From: a virus
Taxonomy: Duplodnaviria > Caudoviricetes
Length of the DNA: 58,677 bases
Direction: 5' to 3' (one strand)
Virus record (IMG/VR): IMGVR_UViG_3300043429_001390
Span: 1-58,677 of that record
Both the position numbers and the translations under genes were made by a program. Of the stretch, positions 36,081-44,813 are shown one piece after another (position 1 is the stretch's first letter; each line of letters starts with the position of its first letter). Below the pieces are notes generated by a model. The model made no database searches. It saw only the letters and a list, made by a program, of their open reading frames with translations, and was not told where the DNA came from.

Positions 36081-36843
36081 TGTGACACTAGCGGATAGTG
36101 TGTCCGGGGGCTGCGCACGCGCAGCACTCATCGCGCCGCCATGGCTGCCGGTGTTACAAAATCATCGTGACACACTACCGGATAGTGTGTCCCCGGTTTT
36201 CGGCCGTGTGCGCCCAGGCAGGGACACTACCGGCTAGTGTCCCCCATGCAATTAGACAAGGGACACACTACCGTCTAATTGCTTGTCTAATTGCAAAACG
36301 GCCAAAAGACACTATCCGGTAGTGTGTCACGATGATTTTCAGCTTGTAATTAGACAATTAGACAATAAGACAAGAAAAAAGGATCCGTGTACGTGAGGCG
36401 ATGACGGGGTCTGAGAGCGGCCCGCGTCATGGTCACAAAGGCCCCTCCAAAAATCCGCTCTGCCAATTCCGGGGTTGTCTAATTACAAGCCCGCACCCCC
36501 CAAAAACCCCCACACGACACTACCCGCTAGTGTTTCCGCCCCCCTTTTGCATTTAGACACGGCCTGTCTAATTGCCCCCTCCCACCCTGTCTAATTACGA
36601 GCCCCTCATGGACGAACGCGACCTTGCCCACGAATCCGACCTGCGCCAGCGTGAACTCGAAGCCCTGATGCTGGACTGCGAGGGCGAGGAGCCCGTGCCC
36701 TGCGAGCCGTGGCCCCTGGAGGACCTCGACTTCTGAGCGCACACACTACCCGCTAGTGTGTCAACACCTTGGGACGCTACCGGATAGTGTCCCTGCCCGC
36801 TCGGCGGTTCAGCCGCTAACCCAGACACACTACCGGATAGTGT
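36067..36843. repeat. Array of nine 17-bp palindromes ACACTA-N5-TAGTGT plus interspersed TGTCTAATT motifs and long inverted repeats
   Basis: Copies start at 36067, 36085, 36172, 36224, 36309, 36517, 36743, 36774 (ACGCTA variant), 36827; half-site near 36265. Confidence 0.92.
36608..36736 (+). CDS. Small acidic peptide, 42 aa
   Basis: MDERDLAHESDLRQRELEALMLDCEGEEPVPCEPWPLEDLDF; native codon usage; weak RBS. Confidence 0.45.
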   Translation: MDERDLAHESDLRQRELEALMLDCEGEEPVPCEPWPLEDLDF

Positions 36844-36874
36844 GTCCCCCACCCACACCCCATTGGAGGACGTC

Positions 36875-37402
36875 ATGCGCACGCACACCCGTCACGCCCA
36901 CGTGGGCAAGCGCAGCAACAACCAAGGCCTGTTCAAGTTCTGGGCACGTGACTACAAGCGCACGGCCAAGCTGGCCGACCGGGCCCTCGCCCGGCGCGAA
37001 GCCGAGGACGAGCTCAACCCCCGGCGCGAAGCCGAGGACGAACCCAATGAGGAGCGCGACTCCGAGTACGAGCGAGCGGTCGAGCACTCACGCCAGGAGG
37101 CCAACGCCCGGTTCCTGCGCCGCATGGGCGAGGGCACCGTGTTCTGGGAGCAGGTGCGGTCCCTGCGCTCCGATGTCAGCGTGCAACTGCTGCGGGTCAA
37201 CCGCGACCGGGAGTCGTACCTGTTCGATGACATCGAATGGTGGGCTTCCACGCTGGCGACCGTCGAGCTCGACCGGGACGCATTCGAGTGGCGCATCCAC
37301 GTGCGTGGGCGCGAGGACAACAACCTCACCCTGCCCTTCGACCGGTACACCCTGGAGCAAGCGCTGGCCGTGGCCCACACGATCCACCACCTCTACACCT
37401 GA
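36875..37402 (+). CDS. Hypothetical early protein, 175 aa
   Basis: GGAGG RBS; internal 22-bp duplication (RREAEDE twice, 30-bp period at 36990/37020). Confidence 0.75.
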   Translation: MRTHTRHAHVGKRSNNQGLFKFWARDYKRTAKLADRALARREAEDELNPRREAEDEPNEERDSEYERAVEHSRQEANARFLRRMGEGTVFWEQVRSLRSDVSVQLLRVNRDRESYLFDDIEWWASTLATVELDRDAFEWRIHVRGREDNNLTLPFDRYTLEQALAVAHTIHHLYT

Positions 37403-37415
37403 CCCGGAGCCCTCG

Positions 37416-37730
37416 ATGGCCGACATGCCCAAGTTCGAGCCCAAGCCCAAGCCCACACTGGACAACATCAGCTTCAACTGGTCCGGTGCCAGAACCGAGG
37501 TGGGGGCCAAGTTCACCGTGATCCCCGAGCGAATCGAAGTCATAGCCGCCTCTGACCGTCACGCATCGTGCCCCCACTGCGCGGCAAAGCGTGGGCAGTT
37601 GAGCGGGCGCCCCGGCGCAATTGGGTGCCAGGACGTGCCGATGTGCGCAGATATCACGTTCATCCCCAACACACCCGAGGGCCGCGCACTCGTGGCCGCC
37701 GCCATCCTGACTGGAAAGAAGCAGCAATGA
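37416..37730 (+). CDS. Hypothetical Cys-containing protein, 104 aa
   Basis: GGAG RBS; CPHC..C..C. Confidence 0.6.
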   Translation: MADMPKFEPKPKPTLDNISFNWSGARTEVGAKFTVIPERIEVIAASDRHASCPHCAAKRGQLSGRPGAIGCQDVPMCADITFIPNTPEGRALVAAAILTGKKQQ

Positions 37731-37975
37731 GCCTTCGCGACCAACGCAACGCGCTGCGCAAGCAGCGCATCCGTGAGGGGCTCCACACCCTCTCACGCAT
37801 CGTCGGACCTCGGTGCCCGGACTTCGAGCCGGGCTGCTTCGTGTGCCAGTCCTACCACCTGCTCGACACGCTGCAACGCCTGCCGGGCTACGAGCCCACG
37901 CTCAGGCGAGTGCGCAGCACTCACGAGGCCGCACCCCCAGCCCCCACCCCCACCCCCACCAAGGAGGGCTCGTGA
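37727..37975 (+). CDS. Hypothetical protein, 82 aa
   Basis: ATGA overlap; RCPDFEPGCFVC motif. Confidence 0.65.
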   Translation: MSLRDQRNALRKQRIREGLHTLSRIVGPRCPDFEPGCFVCQSYHLLDTLQRLPGYEPTLRRVRSTHEAAPPAPTPTPTKEGS

Positions 37976-38067
37976 GACTCGACGACAACCCCACCGCCAA
38001 CGCCCTGCTGTACGCCGCCTACGCGGCAGCAGCCATCGTCCTCGTCCTCACGTGGAGTACCCCATGA
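37972..38067 (+). CDS. Small single-TM peptide, 31 aa
   Basis: AAGGAGG RBS, GTGA overlap, hydrophobic stretch. Confidence 0.45.
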   Translation: MRLDDNPTANALLYAAYAAAAIVLVLTWSTP

Positions 38068-38327
38068 ACCCACGCGTCATCCCGGCGTCCCTGTACGAAG
38101 CCGCCAACCAGGAGGAACACCGCCCAGTCGTGGCCGTGCACGTGCGTGACCAGTACGGCACCAAGGCCTTCCACCCTGCCAACGACGCCGCGCACTCGTT
38201 CGCTGCCATCGCGGGCACCAAGACCCTCACGCTGGCCACGCTCGGCCACGTGCTCAAGCTGGGCTTCGACATCAAGTACATCCACCCCTTCGACGACCCG
38301 CTCGCTCAACTCAAGGAGGCCGCGTGA
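38064..38327 (+). CDS. Hypothetical protein, 87 aa
   Basis: VRDQYG..HPAN..A..FAAIAGTKTLT..LGF pattern common in phage early ORFs. Confidence 0.7.
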   Translation: MNPRVIPASLYEAANQEEHRPVVAVHVRDQYGTKAFHPANDAAHSFAAIAGTKTLTLATLGHVLKLGFDIKYIHPFDDPLAQLKEAA

Positions 38328-38539
38328 AGACCAAGCCCAGCACCGACCCCAAGGTGCGCTGCACTGTGTGCAGCCGCGACACCGAGCCCAAGATCACATT
38401 CCATGAGCCCCGATGGGAATGCTCGCACGTGGACTGCCCGCACAGGCGCAGCTCGTGGAGCGAGCGCCCTGAGCCCCCGCCGTCCAAGCCGGACGGCATC
38501 TTCAACCCGTACGCCAAGTACATCCCCGAGGACCCCTGA
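38324..38539 (+). CDS. Small zinc-binding protein, 71 aa
   Basis: CTVC..ECSHVDCPHR; AAGGAGG RBS. Confidence 0.65.
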   Translation: MKTKPSTDPKVRCTVCSRDTEPKITFHEPRWECSHVDCPHRRSSWSERPEPPPSKPDGIFNPYAKYIPEDP

Positions 38540-38775
38540 TGACCCACGCATCGACAACCCTGGCCCCAGGCCACGTGGCCAACTTCAAAGCCATGCTGCG
38601 AGCAGCCCTCAACAAGGACCTCGCGCTCATCCAGTGCACCGATGCCAAGACGGGCGAGCCCGTACCCACCATCTGCATGGTCAACAAGGACGCCGAAGGC
38701 AACGTGGAGTTCATGCCCGTGGCCCGGATGTTCAACACCAACCCCTATCAGGAACTCTTGCCGCCCAGCATCTGA
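38539..38775 (+). CDS. Hypothetical protein, 78 aa
   Basis: TGATG coupling; LALIQCTD..TGE..ICMV..PVARMF..NPY. Confidence 0.7.
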   Translation: MTHASTTLAPGHVANFKAMLRAALNKDLALIQCTDAKTGEPVPTICMVNKDAEGNVEFMPVARMFNTNPYQELLPPSI

Positions 38776-38831
38776 TTCCGTTAGGATCTCACCCCTCGTT
38801 CCCTTTCTCATTCATTCAATCAGGAACTAAC

Positions 38832-39836
38832 ATGCGCTACCAGCACATCAAGACCTCGATCCTCGAACAGTTCAAGGCCCCCAACGGCAACAAGATCGTG
38901 CCGTTCATCCTGGGCGCCCCCGGTGGCGGCAAGTCCGCCTGCGCTCGTGACGTGGTTCAGTCCCTGAACATCGACCCCGAGAAGGTCATCGAGTTCAACG
39001 CCTCGCTGCGCGACCCGGTCGACATCCTCGGCCTGCCGTCCTCCAAGGGCGATCACTCCGACTGGCTGGCGTCCAAGGAGTTCTGGACCGTGCGCCGTGG
39101 CCAGGGCCGCGCAGCACTCATCCTGGAGGAGCTGTCCGACGGCAGCGTGGCCATGCAGAACGCGCTGTGCCGCGTCATCTACGACCGCCATGCCGGCCAG
39201 CTCCCGCTGTCTGACGAGCTGTTCATCATCGCCACGGGCAACCGCACCGAGGACAAGTCCGGTGCCAACCGCATCACCAGCAAGCTGGCCAACCGCACGC
39301 GGCGCTTCGAGTTCACCGAGAACCTCGACGACTGGACCGAGTGGGCGCTCGACAACAACCTGCCCGCCGAGCTCATCCAGTTCATGCGCTTCCGTCCGGG
39401 CTTGCTCTCCGAGTTCGATCCCAACCGCTTCTGCAACCCGACGCCCCGCTCCTGGGAGCGCGTGGCGTGCATCCCCGACTCGCTGCCCGAGCAGCTCTAC
39501 TTCGACAACGTGGCCGGCGAGGTGGGCGAGGGCGCGGCGGCCGAGTACACGGGCTTTCGTCGCATCTACCGCCAGCTCCCCAACATCGACGCGCTGCTGC
39601 TCGACCCCAAGGGTGCCGACGTGCCCGATGACCCGGCGGTGCGCTTCGCCATCACCGGTGCGCTGGCCCGCAAGGCCACGAAGGACAACTTCGACCGCAT
39701 CACGACCTACACGGCGCGACTGCCCAAGGAGTTCGACGTCATGACCGTCAAGGACAGCATCAAGCTGTGCCGCGAGGTGCAGAACACGCGCTCCTTCGTC
39801 GAGTGGGCCACGCGTAACGCCGAGGTCCTGATGTGA
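38832..39836 (+). CDS. MoxR-type AAA+ ATPase, 334 aa
   Basis: Walker A GAPGGGKS, Walker B ILEEL, IIATGNR..D, LANR, PTPRSWE. Confidence 0.9.
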   Translation: MRYQHIKTSILEQFKAPNGNKIVPFILGAPGGGKSACARDVVQSLNIDPEKVIEFNASLRDPVDILGLPSSKGDHSDWLASKEFWTVRRGQGRAALILEELSDGSVAMQNALCRVIYDRHAGQLPLSDELFIIATGNRTEDKSGANRITSKLANRTRRFEFTENLDDWTEWALDNNLPAELIQFMRFRPGLLSEFDPNRFCNPTPRSWERVACIPDSLPEQLYFDNVAGEVGEGAAAEYTGFRRIYRQLPNIDALLLDPKGADVPDDPAVRFAITGALARKATKDNFDRITTYTARLPKEFDVMTVKDSIKLCREVQNTRSFVEWATRNAEVLM

Positions 39837-40033
39837 CCAAGCCGTTCAACCCGCACCGGGAGTACAAGGTCCGGCAGCAGGTCAAGCGCGGCAAGAAGAC
39901 CGGCAAGTGGTACGTGCAGTTCTACGAGCCGGCGCCCCACTACGGGTTCTGGAAGGTCGGCGGTGCCCAGGGTGACTTCACCTCCAAGGAAGAAGCTAAC
40001 AACTGGGTGCTCGCCATGCGGAGGCTGACATGA
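39833..40033 (+). CDS. Hypothetical protein, 66 aa
   Basis: GTGA coupling, native codons. Confidence 0.6.
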   Translation: MTKPFNPHREYKVRQQVKRGKKTGKWYVQFYEPAPHYGFWKVGGAQGDFTSKEEANNWVLAMRRLT

Positions 40034-40302
40034 GCCGCCTGGAGTGGCGCTCTGCCATGCGATACAGCGTGGAAGTGTGGAACCTGCGCAGCACGGGCGA
40101 CAACGTCACGTGGGACAGCATGAACGGGTCGATCGTCGGAACCATCACGTACGTGGGCTGGAACCGCCGCGCCGACTGGGCCGACAGGAAGCAGCGCTGG
40201 CGCATCACTCGCATGGGCGGCGGCGACCTCGGAGAGATCGAAGTCAAGGACCTCGAAGAGGCCAAGGCCACGGCCCTGGCCATCCTGCAACTCACTAACT
40301 GA
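40030..40302 (+). CDS. Hypothetical protein, 90 aa
   Basis: ATGA coupling, GGAGG RBS. Confidence 0.6.
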   Translation: MSRLEWRSAMRYSVEVWNLRSTGDNVTWDSMNGSIVGTITYVGWNRRADWADRKQRWRITRMGGGDLGEIEVKDLEEAKATALAILQLTN

Positions 40303-40314
40303 AAGGGGAGCAAC

Positions 40315-41193
40315 ATGCTCACTCGCGTATCCAAGCTGGCCGACAAGGCCATCCTCGTCAAGCTCACCATCCGTCGCGCAGCACTCACTCGGCGCGACAA
40401 CGCACTGACCGCCAAGGTGCAGGCCGCAGAGCAGGACGTGGGCATCACCGTGCTCACCAAGCTCTTCACGGACAAGGCCTCGCCGATCAACAAGATCATG
40501 CGAGCAGTCAACGAGGTGTACTCGTACCACAAGACGCAGACCCTGCCCTACGTGGACGCCGGCCCGCGCATCCTGCCCAACGCGAACTACTTCACCTACA
40601 CCCACGAGGTGCAGCACAAGATCGCGCTCGTCGAGAACATGCTCGACACCTACATGCCGTACTACGACCAGCTCGTGCGTGATGACGTCATGTACCGCAA
40701 CGCGGGCCGGGCTGCTGGGCGCGCACACGTGGACGAGTACCCCAGTGCGGACGCGTTCCGACGCAGCATGTCGCTGGAGTACAAGTTCAGCCCCATGCCC
40801 GATGCGAGGCACTTCCTGTTCGACCTGTCCGAGGCCGACATGCAGGCAGTCGAGCAGGCCGAGAACGACGCGCTGGCCGCCGCCAACGCCGACACCATCA
40901 ACCGCATGCTCAAGCCGCTCGGCGCGCTCGTGGAGCGCCTGGGCGAGTACCAGGGCGGCAAGGGTGAGCGCTTCCACCCCACCGTCATCAGCAACGTGCT
41001 CGATGGCATCAAGGAGGCGCGCTCGCTGATGCTGTTCCCCAACGCCGAGCTCGAAGAGCACATCGCTGCGCTGGAGACGTTGACCAAGAAGTACCTGGAC
41101 AACGTCGAGATGGTCAAGGGCAGCGCCGTGGTGCGCGACGACGCACGGGCCAAGCTCAAGGAGGCCGCGGACAAGATGTCCGCGTACTTCTGA
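40315..41193 (+). CDS. Helical protein associated with AAA/vWA module (DUF3150-like), 292 aa
   Basis: GGGGAG RBS; TKLF..TLPY.D.GPRILP..EYPS; lies between ATPase and vWA genes. Confidence 0.6.
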   Translation: MLTRVSKLADKAILVKLTIRRAALTRRDNALTAKVQAAEQDVGITVLTKLFTDKASPINKIMRAVNEVYSYHKTQTLPYVDAGPRILPNANYFTYTHEVQHKIALVENMLDTYMPYYDQLVRDDVMYRNAGRAAGRAHVDEYPSADAFRRSMSLEYKFSPMPDARHFLFDLSEADMQAVEQAENDALAAANADTINRMLKPLGALVERLGEYQGGKGERFHPTVISNVLDGIKEARSLMLFPNAELEEHIAALETLTKKYLDNVEMVKGSAVVRDDARAKLKEAADKMSAYF

Positions 41194-41411
41194 TGGAAGC
41201 ACGCATGGGCAAGCCCTTCAAGCCGCTGCCGAGAATGACCATGCGGTCCCGCACCGTTGCCATCAACGTCGTGCAGTTCAACGACAACCGCACCACGGTC
41301 AACGTGTTCAACGACGGTAGGGCCGAGAGCAGCCACGGGCTGCCCGGCCACGTGTCTCTCGCCGAAGCCCTCATCTGGTACGGCACAACCCTCAAACTCC
41401 AAGGAGAGTAA
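41193..41411 (+). CDS. Hypothetical protein, 72 aa
   Basis: TGATG coupling. Confidence 0.55.
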   Translation: MEARMGKPFKPLPRMTMRSRTVAINVVQFNDNRTTVNVFNDGRAESSHGLPGHVSLAEALIWYGTTLKLQGE

Positions 41412-41415
41412 CCCC

Positions 41416-41982
41416 ATGGGCACTGCAAAGATGTTCCAAACCGCACGGGTAGCTGCGCTGCCCGGCGTCGAGACCACGATGGTCTTGTACCCGCAGAACA
41501 TCCCCATCCGCACCCGCAAGGCAGCAGCACGCATGCTCGCCGGTGGGGTGGCTGTCGGTGGCTGGGCGTCCAAGTCCCTGAAGATCGCGCGCATCGTCGC
41601 CGAGCACTTCGGCATCGCGCTGGCCCGCGTGCACACCCACAGCAGATACGTCGAAGTGCCGCACGACAACAAGGTTCGTGAGGATGTCCTGCGCGTCTTC
41701 GATGTCGACAGCGTGCAGTACATGCTCACCGCCAACGAAAGCCGCCACCACTTCAACCCCAGTCTGTTCAAGGAACGCCGCGCGCGCCAAGTCTCGCAAC
41801 TACTGGCTGGCGAGTCCGACTCACTGGGGTTCGTGTCCCGGGCTCGCTTCAACGAGGCGAAGGCCATCGTGGTCGAGTACCACCGCAGGGCCGCATCCAC
41901 CGACCACCACAACAAGCGGGCCGCAGACTTCATGCTCGGCACCGAGCCGATCACCTTGACGCACATCCCCAAGGGGTTCTGA
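41416..41982 (+). CDS. Hypothetical protein, 188 aa
   Basis: AAGGAG RBS before ATG 41416. Confidence 0.65.
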   Translation: MGTAKMFQTARVAALPGVETTMVLYPQNIPIRTRKAAARMLAGGVAVGGWASKSLKIARIVAEHFGIALARVHTHSRYVEVPHDNKVREDVLRVFDVDSVQYMLTANESRHHFNPSLFKERRARQVSQLLAGESDSLGFVSRARFNEAKAIVVEYHRRAASTDHHNKRAADFMLGTEPITLTHIPKGF

Positions 41983-42028
41983 CAGCAACCCACCCACCCG
42001 CTTACCCACTGACTGAGAGGACAACACC

Positions 42029-43144
42029 ATGACCGTCACCAAGCTCGACAAGGCCAAGGTCGCCATCGTCACGCAGCAACCGTTCTTCGCCTCCATCCTG
42101 TTGAAGCGCAAGCTCATCGAGGACAAGTCGATCCCCACGGCCGCCGTCGACCAGCGCGGCCAGATCTACTACAACCCCGACTTCATCGAGAAGCTCACGG
42201 TCGACCAAGCCGTGTTCCTCCTCGCACACGAGGTCGGCCACGTCATCGGCCAGCACGCTGCGCGACGTGGTGCACGCACCGCCCGACGCTGGAACATCGC
42301 CGGCGACGCCTGGATCAACGACATGCTCAAGGACGCCAAGGTCGGCGACTTCATCACCGGCGGCGTGGACATGCCCGGCTCCAAGGACGACACGGTCGAC
42401 GCCATCTACAACCGGCTGCCCGAAGACGACGGCCAGGACGGCTCCGGCAAGGTGCCGGGCATCGGCGATGACCTCATCGAGCGCGGAACACCACTCACGC
42501 AAGACGAGGCCGACAAGATCGACGCCGAGACGCGCGTGGAGGTCGCGCAGGCCGCACAGGCCGCCAAGATGCAGGGCAAGCTGCCTGCCGCCATCCAGAA
42601 GATCGTGGCCGACCTGCTCGACCCGGGCACGCCCTGGTACGAGATCCTGGAGCGCTACATGACCTCGTTCAAGCGCGGCGAAGTGTCGTGGGCGCGCCCC
42701 AACCGGCGCTTCGAGCAGTACCTGCCGTCGCCCGGCAAGGTCGCCGAGATGGGCGAGGTCGTCATCCAGATCGACGTCAGCGGCTCCATCAGCCCGCGCG
42801 AGCTGAACTACTACAACGGCCACCTCGCTCGCATCCTCGAGCAGTGCGCCCCGGAGCGCGTGCACGTCTTGTACACCGACACCCGCGTGTGCAAGCACGA
42901 CGTCTTCGAGCGCGGTGAGGAGTTCGCCCTGCAGTTCTACTCCGGCGGCGGCACCGACATGGAGGCCGGCTTCACCTACCTCGACGACAAGGGCATCGAC
43001 CCCGAGGTGTTCGTCTGCCTGACCGACGGCTACACGTCCTTCAACGTGGGTAGCAAGCCCGCCTACCCTGTCGTGTGGTGCATCTCGTCTGACGTGGAGG
43101 CGCCGTACGGCGACGTCATCCACTTCACCATGGACGCATCATGA
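42029..43144 (+). CDS. Metallopeptidase + vWA domain protein (DUF2201-like), 371 aa
   Basis: LAHEVGH zincin motif, WNIAGDAWIN, MIDAS DVSGS..GGGT..LTDGY. Confidence 0.9.
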   Translation: MTVTKLDKAKVAIVTQQPFFASILLKRKLIEDKSIPTAAVDQRGQIYYNPDFIEKLTVDQAVFLLAHEVGHVIGQHAARRGARTARRWNIAGDAWINDMLKDAKVGDFITGGVDMPGSKDDTVDAIYNRLPEDDGQDGSGKVPGIGDDLIERGTPLTQDEADKIDAETRVEVAQAAQAAKMQGKLPAAIQKIVADLLDPGTPWYEILERYMTSFKRGEVSWARPNRRFEQYLPSPGKVAEMGEVVIQIDVSGSISPRELNYYNGHLARILEQCAPERVHVLYTDTRVCKHDVFERGEEFALQFYSGGGTDMEAGFTYLDDKGIDPEVFVCLTDGYTSFNVGSKPAYPVVWCISSDVEAPYGDVIHFTMDAS

Positions 43145-43290
43145 AAGAGCTAGACGAACTCCTGGCCGCCTTCGAGCGGCTGCTGAAGATCTGCCACGAG
43201 GCGCTGTCACCGACGGCAACGCCCAGGCAGAAGAGCGAAGCCAGAGCGGTCATCAACGACTGGCTTTCGACCCGAGGGCAATCGCGTTAG
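43141..43290 (+). CDS. Small hypothetical protein, 49 aa
   Basis: ATGA coupling; MKELDELLAAFERLLKICHEAL.. Confidence 0.5.
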   Translation: MKELDELLAAFERLLKICHEALSPTATPRQKSEARAVINDWLSTRGQSR

Positions 43291-43305
43291 CGTCTGCCTA
43301 CACAC

Positions 43306-43327
43306 GGGGCCTGGTACGCCAGGCCCC
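43306..43327 (+). terminator. GC-rich hairpin (UACG loop)
   Basis: GGGGCCTGG-TACG-CCAGGCCCC; no U-tract. Confidence 0.4.
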
Positions 43328-43357
43328 AGCAACTCACTCACTCAGAGGTTACACACC

Positions 43358-44074
43358 ATGGCACTCGTACGTATCTCCCGACAGCTCATCTCCGACGTCG
43401 AAACCCGGTGCAACGTCATGCGCAACGCCGAGGTCAATGAGCAGGATTACCCGTCCACCGAACGGCAAGGGTCCGCCCCCGAACTCGCCACGATCCAGGC
43501 CTTCATGTGGGGGGACCACGAGCACCTGCGCACCTTGATGCCTACCGACTGGTGCGCGGTCGCAAACGACTTCTCGGTCACCACCACGTACAGGCACGAC
43601 GACGGCCACCTTGAGACCACCGCGCCCGTGACGTTCACGTTCAGCAGCCTCATGACCCTCCCGCCCAAGACCAGCTTGGGGTACCGCAACGGCAAGTACA
43701 ACTGCGCCCAGGTCAACGTCCAGTACGAGGTCATCGAGCAGGCCTTCGAGGACCCGAAACACCCGCATCACATGGTGGCCTGCGCGGTGATGGCCATCGT
43801 CGACCGCGAGAAGCGCCAACGCAAGATCGAGACGGTGTGGCGCGTGCGGGTCGCCAACCTCAAGGACTTCCTGGGCAAGTGCAAGAGCCTCAACGAGGCC
43901 ATCAAGCTCTGGCCGCAGGTCAAGCTCTACGTGCCGCAGAGCTACATCGACACGGTGGAGACGCCGGTCGTGCGCACGCAGGCTGCGGCGCGCAAGGAGA
44001 AGGTCACCGAAGGGCTCGACACCGACGGTCTCACGGCCGCTGCCATCGCAGCCAAGCTCGCGGGGGTGCTGTGA
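43358..44074 (+). CDS. Hypothetical protein, 238 aa
   Basis: GAGG RBS; C-terminal SLNEAIKLWP..YVP. Confidence 0.75.
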   Translation: MALVRISRQLISDVETRCNVMRNAEVNEQDYPSTERQGSAPELATIQAFMWGDHEHLRTLMPTDWCAVANDFSVTTTYRHDDGHLETTAPVTFTFSSLMTLPPKTSLGYRNGKYNCAQVNVQYEVIEQAFEDPKHPHHMVACAVMAIVDREKRQRKIETVWRVRVANLKDFLGKCKSLNEAIKLWPQVKLYVPQSYIDTVETPVVRTQAAARKEKVTEGLDTDGLTAAAIAAKLAGVL

Positions 44075-44289
44075 TGTTCTCCCTGTCGCGACTGCGCTCG
44101 ATCGGCGCCATGCCCACTGCGAAGACGCTGGCCGAGCGGGCACTTCGCCGCGCCGAGCGCGAGCTGCTAGAAGCCCACGACGCTGTGGAGCAGGCCACCT
44201 ACGACCTGCACGCGGGCAAGCAGCGCGTGCAGAGCTACCAAGTCAAGATCGCACGGCTGCGTGCGTACATCGAGGAGGCCGGGGGGTGA
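44074..44289 (+). CDS. Small coiled-coil protein, 71 aa
   Basis: TGATG coupling; LA.R.L..AERELLEA..IARLRAY. Confidence 0.65.
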   Translation: MFSLSRLRSIGAMPTAKTLAERALRRAERELLEAHDAVEQATYDLHAGKQRVQSYQVKIARLRAYIEEAGG

Positions 44290-44741
44290 ACACCCTACGA
44301 GCTGCCGCCCAGCAGGCGCTGGAGGCGTTGGAGAACAGCAGTCCGGACAACGCGAGGCCCGAGTGCGTTTTTCTTGACAAACACCAAGAAGCCATCACCG
44401 CCCTCCGCACCGCGCTGGCGCAGCAGGAGCAGGAGCAGGAGCCGGTGGCGTGGAGCACGCGAGAGCACTTCTATGAAGCGTTGGATCGCGCCGTTGGAAA
44501 CGTCCGTCAAGAGATGCGGATCAAGACTGTGACGATGCGCCGCAAAGACCACGACATTGCGCTGCCGATCATCGACGCCTATTCCGGCCATGTGTTTGTG
44601 GGCGACCTACCCCGCCGCGAGTGGCAGTCGCTGCCCGCGTGCGAGGACAAGCCTCATGCAGTGCTGGTAAATGGGTATGGATACGTCGATGTGCGTGCGG
44701 TACGCGCCATCGAGGCCGCGCTGAAGGAGCGAAACACATGA
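44286..44741 (+). CDS. Hypothetical mosaic phage protein, 151 aa
   Basis: LRAAAQQALEAL..AITALRTALAQ..EPVAW..RAIEAALKERN modular pattern. Confidence 0.7.
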   Translation: MNTLRAAAQQALEALENSSPDNARPECVFLDKHQEAITALRTALAQQEQEQEPVAWSTREHFYEALDRAVGNVRQEMRIKTVTMRRKDHDIALPIIDAYSGHVFVGDLPRREWQSLPACEDKPHAVLVNGYGYVDVRAVRAIEAALKERNT

Positions 44742-44750
44742 CCTAATCAC

Positions 44751-44787
44751 TTGCTAACTCGTTAGCCTCCTGTCACAATCGTTAGCA
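44751..44787 (+). promoter_or_regulatory. Putative sigma70 promoter TTGCTA-N17-CACAAT overlaid with three GTTAGC/GCTAAC motifs
   Basis: TTGCTAACTCGTTAGCCTCCTGTCACAATCGTTAGCA. Confidence 0.55.
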
Positions 44788-44813
44788 CCTGTTCAACAAC
44801 TCAGTGATTCACC

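Noticed and set aside
36067-36843. CRISPR mini-array interpretation of the palindromic repeats
   Set aside because: Core is only 17 bp, spacing ranges from 1 to ~210 bp, centres occur in both orientations, and no cas operon is present
36990-37041. 22-bp direct repeat as att site or regulatory element
   Set aside because: In-frame 30-bp-period intragenic duplication encoding RREAEDE twice
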